A stretch of DNA of 64,000 bases from assembly GCF_001194135.2 (NCBI RefSeq), contig NC_068990.1, forward strand, positions 70,258,902 to 70,322,901. The letters are read 5' to 3'. Source of the stretch: Octopus bimaculoides (Eukaryota). The notes below the pieces were generated by a model. That model searched no databases. It saw only the letters and a list, made by a program, of their open reading frames with translations, and had not been told where the DNA came from. The position numbers and the translations under genes are program-made. Each line of letters begins with the position of its first letter. Position 1 is the stretch's first letter. This document shows positions 11,080 through 22,300 of the stretch, one piece after another.

Positions 11080-11475
11080 GGCTAAGAATCTTCCTTCCCA
11101 ACCATATGATCTTAGGTTCAGTCACACTACATGGCACTTTGGACAAGTGTCATCTAATACAGCTCCAAACCAACGGAAGCCTTGAGTGGATTTGTTAGAT
11201 AGAAACTGAAAGAAGCCCATCATATATATATGTGGTGTGTGTGTGTGCTCTTGTCTTAGCATCATATATTGGTTGTTAAACAAGCATCACCATATACAAG
11301 TGATGTTGTTTGTTTCCAATCTTCTATGAAAATCATGTCTCGCCATGGAGAAATATTAACTTGGTGGAAACAAGTGAAGATTGGCAACTGGAAAGGCATG
11401 GCATAGAAAATTTACCTCAACAAATTCCATTGGACCAATGCAAGCATAGAAAAGTGGATGTTAAATGATGATGAT
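11080..11475 (+). mobile_element. Composite SINE: S1 head plus an R3-like (GAT)n tail; approximate ends
   Basis: S1 head, then a TG tract, then a tail ending gcatagaaaagtggatgttaaatgatgatgat. Same build at about 57330-57780. Confidence 0.7.
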
Positions 11476-12469
11476 CTCTGTGGCTCTTTGTCAATATTTT
11501 TTGTCTGTATCTAGTAACAAGTGAAAGCAAGGGTTTATGGAAAATTATAGTTAGACTTCATGAAATAATTACTACCTCTTTTGTGAAAATAAGCTCTTAT
11601 TAGTTTATGTACATGCATGTATGTTAGCGTACATACATGTATAATCACCAAGAGAATAGCTTCTTGTGTATATAACACATAGAAATGTTTTCTGTGCATA
11701 TGTAAATATATGCTGCTATGTGTTTGCAGCATTTGTAAGTAAACCCTGAAGATTTTAAATACATTTCTCTGTTACAAATTGTGTGTGTGTGTTGAGGGAA
11801 TGAAAAATATGAATAAATTGGTAAAGTTTGGTAAACATATTCTCCTGCTAATGTATGAACATAGTTACTGCATGTATACCAGTGTGCATATGTAAGGCCT
11901 CATGATTTATGCATGCAGTTAATAACTGGTAAACTGTCTATATAGCTCTTAGTTGTTAGCTGATAAATAAACACAGCTTAAAATGTGTTTAGCAGAGATG
12001 GCACAATAACGACAACACCCTTGTGGCCTCTGAACATATTTGTTTATTAAATGTATCTTAATGTTTTCATTAAACACCACAGGAATCAGGGGTAAAAATG
12101 GCAGTGGATCCTCTAAATTATCATAGCTGACTACATGAGCCAGCAACTGTCTTATAATTTAACTTAACACTTTTGGTAGTTTCTGACTAATAGGTTTTGA
12201 ATGTAACACTCTTGAAATAATAACAATCCTTTCTACTGGAAGCACAAGGCCAACAATTTTCAGAGGAAGGGTATAGTTGATTACATCGACCCCACTGTTC
12301 AGCTGGTACTTATTTTATCAACCATGATAAGATGAACGGCAATGTTGACCTGGGAATTTGAACTCAAAATATAAAGACAGACAAAATGCCACTAAGCAAT
12401 TTGGTTGGTGTGCTAATGATTCTGCCAGCTTGCTGCCTTAATAATAACAGCAGCAGCAGCAGCAGAAAT

Positions 12470-12770
12470 ACGCTAGAGAAGTTCTGAAAATGACAAAGCA
12501 ACTATAATCTAAAATATGACAATACACTCAGAGAGAAAGATCAAGGTTAATTGACCAGATATTGTAGTCAAGGAGGACAAGGAAAGAAAAGTTTCCTAAT
12601 TGACATATTAATCTTAATAGATGACAATGTATCTCTAAAGGAGATAGAAAGCATTATTGAAATACAAAGATCTGGAAATAGAGAAAACCTGTATGGGGAC
12701 CATGAAGACAGAAACAACCACTATAATAATAAGTGTTTTAGGTATGGTTAAAAAACAAAATACATAATTG
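12470..12770 (+). mobile_element. Dong/R4-clade non-LTR retrotransposon fragment (restriction-like endonuclease)
   Basis: Decayed motif *PDIVVKED...LID...DDNVSLKEIE...KYKDLEIE. Confidence 0.65.
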
Positions 12771-12788
12771 AAGCTCCAAGACTTACAA

Positions 12789-12835
<47 letters not shown>

Positions 12836-13015
12836 AAACATAAAATAACACTGATAGGCTCTGCACACATCTTATGTAGAACAATTCCAATACAGTAAAA
12901 ATAACAACACCATGACTAACTGCAGCATATACCCAAGACACACAGAGCTGTGCTTGGTGGTGCAGTGAAAGCACACAATAAAAATATGACTACTAAGTGC
13001 ACCTATGACTACATA

Positions 13016-13141
13016 GGCGCAGGAGTGGCTGTGTGGTAAGTAGCTTGCTTACCAACCACATGGTTCCGGGTTCAGTCCCACTGCGTGGCATCNNNNNNNN
13101 NNNNNNNNNNNNNNNNNNNNNNNNNNNNNNNNNNNNNNNNN

Positions 13142-13173
<32 letters not shown>

Positions 13174-13378
13174 CTGTGTTTGTCCCCCTAGCATTGCTTG
13201 ACAACCGATGCTGGTGTGTTTATGTCCCCGTCACTTAGCGGTTCGGCAAAAGAGACTGATAGAATAAGTACTAGGCTTCCAAAGAATAAGTCCTGAGGTC
13301 GATTTGCTCGACTAAAGGCGGTGCTCCAGCATGGCCACAGTCAAATGACTAAAACAAGTAAAAGAGTAAAAAGAGTAA
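13016..13378 (+). mobile_element. Near full-length young S1 SINE (pol III A/B-box-like head, internal microsatellite in gap)
   Basis: A-box-like TGGCTGTGTGG, B-box-like GGTTCAGTCCC, CpGs retained, tail gtcaaatgactaaaacaagtaaaagag. Confidence 0.85.
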
Positions 13379-13700
13379 GTAATAATAATCCTTTCTTCTA
13401 AAGGCACAAATCCTGAAAATTTGTGGGACGGGACTAGTTGATTACATTGATCTCAGTGTTTCACTGGTTCTTAATTTATCGGTGAAAGACCTCAGCGGAA
13501 TTTGAACTCAAAACATAGAGATGGACGAAATGTCACTAGATACTTTGCCTGGTGTGCTAACGATTCTGCCAGTTTGTCACCTTAATAATAATGATAATAA
13601 TAATAATAATAATGATCATGGGTTTCTGTATTTTGTTTCTTCACACAGGTTTGCTGTATTTATTTCTGATTGTCTGCTGCTACAAATAAAATCCCTCCAG

Positions 13701-13751
13701 ATATAAATTAACCATGTCAATGGACACAGAAATCGATGACTCACTCTATAG
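13701..13751 (+). CDS. UBA6: N-terminal exon of a ubiquitin-like modifier-activating enzyme E1, UBA6-like (ATG at 13714: MSMDTEIDDSLY-S)
   Basis: EIDDSLY plus a split codon AG|gtctgt matches the UBA6/UBA1 motif (E/D)ID(D/E)xLYSRQ, with a phase-2 intron where I recall one in human UBA6. Acceptors at 13648 and 13700. The next exon (RQRYVLG) was not found in the window. Confidence 0.55.
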
Positions 13752-14084
13752 GTCTGTATTGCAATTTTCTTCAGTTTCTGGTTTTTCTTTTTTTTTTTTT
13801 TTACATTTATTTATCTCCTGTCTTTTTCATTGCAGCATTTCAAATTGAAATTATATTGTTTTATATCTGTGGACATAACCTAGTGATATATATATATATA
13901 TATATATATATAAGCATTTTTTCTAGCCTCAAGATATTACCCTTACATATTTAAACAGTGTTATGCTTTTTACTACCAATTCTGTTTTCTTTCATATTTT
14001 TATGTACTTTTTTAAAAAAAGAATTATACTTAAATATATGGGGTAGGAGTGAGCAGTCTGAAAATTAATATATGATATAGATAT

Positions 14085-14305
14085 ACCCTACAGCCAATCT
14101 CCCCAGTTGTGCTGATGACACAAAAGTATCGCAGGCAGTTTTATGATGTCCAGAGGACATCATAAAACTGCAGAAAGACTTGAATGAAATATACACATGG
14201 GCTAACAAAAATAACAGGCAGTTCAATACTATGAAATTTAAAGCACTCCATTATCGGTCCAACACCAGGCTAAAATCGGAATACACTGGACCAGAAGGCA
14301 ATATG
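14085..14305 (+). mobile_element. CR1-group LINE reverse transcriptase fragment
   Basis: ADDTKVSQ...LQKDLNEIYTWANKNNRQFNTMKFKALHY. Confidence 0.7.
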
Positions 14306-15679
14306 ATGTTGATGATGATGATGATGATTATTTGTTTTTCCTGATGTTTCACATACCTAACCCTATTTTAAAGGCTTTGTTAATTTTATATGTCAATCAA
14401 GGGAATATAGGCAGGGACCCTAACCTTTGCAAACCCTTTTTCACACAGGTAATAATGATACGGCTGATACCTACTCAGCTTGAAAATCTATGGATCGCTG
14501 TTTGCAGGGAAAAATCTGGGCACAGGAGCTATCAGTTAGGTTAGGGATAGGATGTAATCTAAATGATTTTAACTAAATATATTCCACCAAAATCCAATGA
14601 AATCAAGTGGCAGTGGTGTAAACTGGGTGGTGTGTTACCTCTGTCACCCTAGGTAGGGTTGCTGGTTAAGATGACTAACATTTCAGCTTTTTGTATGTGT
14701 ACTTCTCTGTATGTATGTGCTCATATGTTGTCAGACCAGTAAGAATTGCTTGGATGCTGTTCTTTCTTTTATATGATTTCAAATCATCTCTCTCTGTAAT
14801 CAATAAGTCTTAGTAATATGTGTGTGGGTATGTGTGTGTATGATGGGAAGGGCTAAATCAATTGTTAATTCCATCTGCACCAAGTTGACTGCTCTACACT
14901 TGATTGTGTTTTTTTAGAATGTATGATGATTATTAACAAAAAATGGCATGCCGGCATGAAAAAATGGATGATAAATTGATAATCACTGTAATGGATATTG
15001 TGTAACTTTATTTACAATGTATATATATATTTAGAAGGTTGTTAGTTATGGCTGATCAGAGAGCGACCATTGGCTTTGTCTTTGTAAAGCTCTTAGCTGT
15101 ATAGTAGCAACATTGTTTCAGGCATGCTTACATGTATCATCATCGTCATCATTGTTTTACTTCCATTTTCCATGTTGGTATGGGTTATATGAGTCGTTTT
15201 AATCTAAATCAGTCCTTATTTAGAGTGACTTTTTCCAGATGGGTTGACAGGCAGCATCTCACTTGTTGTTTTCTATGACTGGACACCCTTTCTAACACCA
15301 ACCATTTTACACAATGTACTGAATGCATTGTTGTTATGCTACTGGTACTAGAGAGTTTGTCATGTTCGCAACAAGACTAATGAGTCCTCTTGATCAAGTG
15401 TCTTTTGCAATAAGGTCGTGGGCACTGATTTTCTTCTCTGACCTACAAGAAGAGAAAAATTGTCCTTACAACCATTACACTTTCGTCTTTGAAATATCAG
15501 GGATCTGTATTGAAATCATGCTGTCTTAAGCTTTATGAATTAAATGGCCTACATTTTAGAGGGTGATTTGTGGTTATGTTATGTAGATTGTGCAGATGTA
15601 ACTCATAATCACCTTATTTTAATGAAATGTACATAAGAAGGTGAAACTAATTATCTTATAAACAGTTTCTCATACTTTG

Positions 15680-15728
<49 letters not shown>

Positions 15729-15834
15729 GGAAGAGGCTAAACAGAAAGACTCCATATAGTGTACTCAATTGTATAATGTTTATGTTGGAACAGCGATACA
15801 ACAGATTTAATAAGACTGGAAAAAAATGAAGTGA

Positions 15835-16130
15835 ACATGCTCCATTGGATGTGCAGTGTGAGTGTGTATACAAAACTGCTGAGTGAAAAACTGGGTATAG
15901 GAAGAATCAGATGTGTTCAAGAAAGAAGACTGTGCTGGTATGAACATGTGATGCATATGGATGAGGTCATTTATATAGAAAAAAGTGTTGTTTGCTTAAT
16001 GTGGCCGGAACCTTCAGAAGTGGAAGACATGGGAGGAAGTGATGAAAACTGACTTCAGGACCCTTGAGCCTAATGGATGAGATAACAAAGGACCAGGATC
16101 TCTGGCAATATGAGGTTCTCAAAAAGACAC
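15835..16130 (+). mobile_element. RTE-like LINE 3' fragment
   Basis: EKLGIGRIRCVQERRLCWYEHVMHMDE, similar to the RTE C-terminal RRLRWFGHV motif. Confidence 0.6.
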
Positions 16131-16406
16131 CTTCCTCAGCCAAATGAGTTCTGGAAGTGCTGTTTTGGATTCAACTGTTACAGTGACTCTTTCTTCCCAT
16201 GAATTATGCCTGCCTTTTCTCCTTCCACCTTGGCGCCATAGACTCTCCAACCATATTGTATCTTGGTCCTCCACCCCAACAACTGTATCATCTTTACTAC
16301 TCCTGCTGCCCTTCCCCACCCTTCTGCATCATGACTCTTATTTCAGCCATTCTTTAACCCTACCCATTTTGGTAGCTTGTTTCCACATTTACTGTTCCAT
16401 ACAATT

Positions 16407-16500
16407 TTGCAAACTACCCTCCTACCCACCCACCAACTTCTACTCAGCATGTGCTTTGTGGGAGTAGAAGTTGGTGGGTGGGTAGGAGGGTGGTTTGCAA
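16407..16500. repeat. Near-perfect inverted repeat (39-bp arms, 16-nt loop)
   Basis: 16407-16445 versus 16462-16500, with one T/G difference. Confidence 0.95.
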
Positions 16501-17029
16501 GATGATGACCCCCTTATCATTATCTATATCTTGCAGCTCCTACTGATCATTTTCTCCACATCATCGTCATCATCATCATTTAATGTCCATGTTCCCTATA
16601 TATTTAATTCCTGCAACAATACAGCAATAAGGGCTTCAGAGTAGAATGTTTTTCTGGGGAAGGAGATTGGAAATTAATGCATATATATTATTAATGATGG
16701 GAAAAGGAGTGTCAGTCATACAGACTAAATTACAGGGAAAAGATGTAGAGTTAAAGATGAAGACTACTAGTAGTAGCAGTTGTAGCATGGGGGCATGCTC
16801 TGTAACAGTGTGTTATTGCATCCACCATTTGTTGATAATTTCCTACCCCTGGTAGATGACACCTTTGCATGACACAAGTGACAACTCTCCAACCCATGGG
16901 TTTATTTGGGCAGTTGTTGTTGGTGAGGGTTTTACAAGGTCAAAATGCAAATCCTACCTCAACCTTTTATGACATGCAAAGGAAACAGTGAGTCTGTTCT
17001 TTGACTCGCTGATCCCCACACAAAAATAA

Positions 17030-18310
17030 GGATTAATGAATAATTATTAAGAATTCCTAGTAGGGTTAAAAATACTGGATTAAGAATTCAATATGAAGAG
17101 TAGAATTTTAATTAAATAAATTAGTGGTTTATTATAAAAAGCATAATAATGAGAAAAGGGTTGTTTGGAAAGGATTAATTAGTGTGTTTATTATGAAGGT
17201 GAAATCTAAAGCATACATTCTATTGGGTGAATATTGAGGTGTATAAGGTTAAGTATATATATAGTGTTAAAGGTGATTATAGAATTAAATATAAAAGTTA
17301 CTCAACAGTTTGTAGAAAACTGAAGACAAAGGGTTATTCATAGGGAAAGGAAATGTAATCATATTAGGCTGAATAACAATCCATTGTTAGCTTTGTAATA
17401 ATAATCCTTTCTACTATAGGTGCAAGGCCTGAAATTTTGGTGTAGGGGAATAGTCAATTACTTTGACCCCAGTACTCAACTGGTACTTATTTTATCGACT
17501 CTGAAAGGATGAAAGGTAAAGTTGACCTCAGTAGAAGTTGAACTAAAGGTGGACAAAGTACTGCTAAGCATTGTATCCAACTTTCTGCTTTTAACATTGT
17601 AATAATAATAATAAAAATATTTTCTTTCTACTTAAGACACAAGGCCTGAAATTTTATGGGAGGTTACTTTGTCAATTTCATTGATCCCAGTGCTTAACTG
17701 GTACTTAATTTATTGACCCCAAAAGGAGGAAAGACAAAAGTTCTGCTAAGATCAATTTTGCTTTTCATTCTTCGAGGGTCAATAAAATAAGTACCAGTTG
17801 AGCCCTAGAGTCAATGTATTCGACTAGTTCCCACCCTACTAAAATTTCATGCTAACAATTTTGCCAGCTCACTTCCTTGATAATGATAATAGTAGATGTG
17901 GTAGAGATTTTCTTATAGTTACCAAAGGGTTTGTTATATGACAGAAAGTGAGTAAAAGTTAGTATATCTGGGTGAATAGTAAAAAGATATAGTAACCAAC
18001 GACTGATGATAAAATATTAATTAATAATGATATATGATTAATAGCAGAGATTAACATTTTAGATAGAATAAAGTGCTATCAGGTGTTTTATAGTAATGTT
18101 GACAGTAGGGTTAAGATATGAATAGAGGATTAATAACCATCATTGTAAATGATAGGACATAGATTAGATATTGTTAGTAGTATGTTGGTGGTGTAGGTAC
18201 ATAGAGATAATGATAGGGATTAAACAGATAAACGGTATCTACACGAAGGATTTAACTCAGTGATCTTAAAGGGTATTGAAAGAAGGATCACATTACGAAT
18301 TCTGTCACTA
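17030..18310. mobile_element. Old decayed interspersed repeat (possibly Penelope-like) interrupted by S2 SINEs at about 17400-17880
   Basis: Strand-asymmetric G/T-rich sequence. A similar segment (caatttgtaaagaag...gacaagggttat) recurs at about 39255. Confidence 0.35.
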
Positions 18311-19094
18311 AAACCTAATGAGTCAGCCTGGAAGTGATGTGGTGGATCAAAAGGGGAAGCTTCATTGCCATGTTCTCATTGGAACATGAGGAAATTTTTC
18401 AGAGTTTTTTATTATTTATTTATTTGTTTTGATAAGGTAATATTTTTTTAAATATATTTTCATCTCTTGAGACAAAAAGCTTTCAATGCTTACATTTCTA
18501 TTAATAATTACAGATGTCTTCAGAGAAATAAGTAAATTAGATGTTTATATGTCAACCATGCAGGTTTACATATATGATATCATGCCTTGATACTGTGTAG
18601 ACTGGGTTTCCTGCTGACAAGATCTGGATATTGAAATAAGATATTAAGCATTTTATGTTAAACACTTATAGCACGCAAATTAGTAGCTCCAGTTTTCTGG
18701 AGCTCCTGGATTTGATGTGTATATAAACAGATTGGCTATTTGTTTCTCTGCAATTGATCAAGTGATGTAGATACCTTTGATATGACCAAAATCAACTTGG
18801 ACTGTTCACCATTTTTGCAATCTACAGAGAAATAGTTAAATTTGACATGTCTGTATGTCTACAACAAAGGTTTATATATATGTATTTAGTTACATACATA
18901 TGTATGTGTAGTGTTTTTCTTCTGTAATTCTTGACCATGAGAAATTTTTTGGCAATGTCGTTGCCCTTGCCATAACTAAATCTGATTTGGAAATTTCCCT
19001 GTCTTAATCTATCTCTAGTGTGATGGAGTAGAAACTTCTTGTTAGACTGCCCCATTGTTAAGTATATACTGACAGAGCTCTTTTTGTCTCATAG

Positions 19095-19302
19095 ACTGCT
19101 ATCTTGGACGATAATCTTGAGAACAGTCTCTTTCACCAGCATACAGATTTAGTCACTATACATCTTAAGTAAATAGTCTTGCTCATCATCCTTTCTAGTC
19201 ACGAGAAAGTACACAACTAAAACTTTCAAAATAGCAGCACATACCTGGCCTCAGAATTACTGATAAACTTTCATGATAGCACACCATATATATGTATGTA
19301 TG

Positions 19303-19344
<42 letters not shown>

Positions 19345-22300
19345 CATACATACAGAGTGTGGTGAATATCCAAATTATGTAAAAATAAAAATAACACTGA
19401 CATCTCATTTTAACAGATATATTTACGAAAATTACATAAAAATATCTTCAAATACTAAAGAGTAAATTTCGCCATTGGCTTCAACCATGACTTCCAGACA
19501 ACTTCAGAATCTCCTGCAACTCTTCTGAATGGTCTCCTTGTTTAAGTTGGTGAATGCTGCCATAATCCTTGCCTTCAGTTCACCTTTGGTGTTACAAGGA
19601 GTTTTGTTGGTCTCTTGATCAACTACGCCACACACAATAATGGAGGGGATTGTAGTCTGGGGAATTAGGTGGCCAGATGTTAGGGGTGGTGTGGACGCAG
19701 AAATTGTCTGACAGCCATGACTGGGTTCTCCTGCTTGTGTGGCATGGTGCAGAGTCCTGTTGCCAGACACAGGGTCTTCCAGCAGCCACTCTGCTGACCC
19801 AGGGCAGCACTACCTCCTCCAGACACTTGATGTAAAACTCCGTGTTGAGTCTGAGGTCATGTGGGAAGATGAATGGAGGTATAACGTTGCCATCACTAGT
19901 GATCACTCCAAACAACATGATGTTGACTGGATGTTTGATTTTTATCACTCTTGGTACATGTTTTGGGGACACTGCAAGCCAATAGTTTTTCTGTGTTTTC
20001 AGCATCTTATCCTGGCAGAAATTTTTCTCATCTGAGAAAGACCAAAGCATGTTCATTAGGAGATGCTTGAGTTTGTTCAACAGCTTTGTAGTGCAATCTT
20101 TCCTCTTGTCCTTGATGGCTTGGGATAAAAATTGGCCCTTTCTCATCTTGTATGAGGAATACCGAATGTCTTCATGCACTACTTGGCTGATAAGAAACTC
20201 AGACGCATCCATGTCCCTGGTGATGGACCTGATTGACTTGGAGGGATCATTGTCAACCATGGTCTGGATCCCACCAACAATTTCAGGAGTTATTTTCTTA
20301 TCAGATCAATCAGAGTGAGGTTTCCAAGCTGCCGTACTTTCATCTACAAATATTTGATATGAATATTGTTTGTATCTGCTGCACCTGTCAGAGTAAGGAT
20401 TTTAACCATCAGTGCCAACTGACCCAATGTCACATGGTGTTAAATGCTGTGCTTTTCAAAATTAGATTCATTGAAACTGCTGTTGGTACTGCACCCCTGT
20501 GCTGTATGAGTGGGTTTGTATATGAATCAAAATCTGGAGTCAAAGTTGCATCAGACATGCATGTTTAGAATATTGACATGTAAACAACTACACAGAACAG
20601 CCAAATTTATCAGACACCATCTCAGGCATCATGCCTTCTCTCCATCACATATGTTTGGTTTCTTCTTGCTATTTGTGCACATGTTACCTACACTTTTTTG
20701 TGTTTGTCTTCTAATTATTTATAAACTATTTTCCAATTTTTAAAAAAAGATAACTTGAGTGATGAGTTTTCATACATACATACATGCATGCATGTATGTA
20801 GGATATATATATATATATATAGATAGATAGATAGATGTATGTGTGTATACACATTCTTACAGTATATTTACCATATGGCATTTTGACATGGATTCATTAA
20901 TTAATAGAATTTTGTAGAAATATAAACCCCAGCTGGATTTTGATGTCTTCCTCTAATTCAGGGTGTCTGGTTTAAAGGAATTATCTTTCTTGTACAGATT
21001 GACTTCTTGATCCTGAATCTCTCCTACAAATAGATGCATAAAATTAAACAGTCTCATATTTGCAAACATGCACATGCATACACACACCTAAAAAAGCTGC
21101 CTGCACACATGTGCCCATGCATCCAAATGTGTAAGTACACAAATATATATGCCCTCACATAAACATTAACTTTATTGGTCAGTATTAACATTGTATAAGA
21201 ATATGTGTGCAACTATGTATTGACATGTACATCTGCCCTTTGATCCTTTAGTAGTTCTTCAATTTGGTTTAGCTATCACTTCTAAAGGTATACTGGAACA
21301 GTGGATTTAGTGCACACATATTTCCTCCTGTTGATCCACTACCCATATTCTCTCTTGCTCCTTAGATGTTGTGCTCTGGTACCCCATCACTACCATCTTA
21401 TCTTTCCCTTGATACTCCCACCCACCCTTATATAATGCAGGGTAGCCATGTATTTTCTCTATGGCAAAACACCTCTACACTTCTGCTTGTCCCTGGCATA
21501 AAGCCACGTCCCTGCTCTTTCAAATATTCTCATCAAGAGGACTTTGTCCTTTTCCCCATATTTGTTTTTTCCTGTCTTGCAAGTTACCTGGCAACTTCAC
21601 TATTCCTGGCACCATGATAAAAAGCACCAAGCACACATTGTAAATTGGTTGATGTTAGGAAGGTTGTCCAGCCATAGAAATCTGCCAGTGGAGCTTTGCT
21701 GGATCCCGTTAAACTGACCTACCCATGCCAGCATGGAAAATGGGCATTAAATGATGATGAGGTATAAAGTCACAAATTATGGAGGTGGTGGTAGGGTCCT
21801 GGCACTTCACCATAAAAGCATATGACATTAAGGTTTCTGTAATCCTTTTATCATTCCTCAAAATAGTAAGGTTTTGAATTCTTGATTGAAACGTAAAGAA
21901 AATTCTATTTCAGATTTTTAATTAATAACAAGTAAGAATAATGATTAAGAATTCTTGATTATTTTGTATAAATATTTTATTTAATTGTTGTGCCTAAGTA
22001 CATTATACAAGGTTTGTAACATGATACAGCAGATGGCCATCTTGTTTACTATGTCATAGTGCTGCCTGTGAACACTTAAGAACCACAGAAGGTTTTAAAA
22101 ATGTGTTCAACACGTAGATTTAAATAATTTGTTAATGTGCCTAACTGGATGCTATCAGATAGTGATGGTGGTGTTGGTGACAGCATCAACAGCAAAATAA
22201 ATTTCTTTATGTTGGCCTGTTATCTTAAATTTGTTTAGAAGACAGTCAATATGGGGAGTTGTGACACTCATTCCTAATAATGGCAAAGAAAATAAGCTCA

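Noticed and set aside
17030-18310. Possible mitochondrial insertion (AT-rich, strand-asymmetric)
   Set aside because: No mitochondrial protein or tRNA was recognisable, and a similar segment recurs at about 39255, so it is a nuclear repeat.
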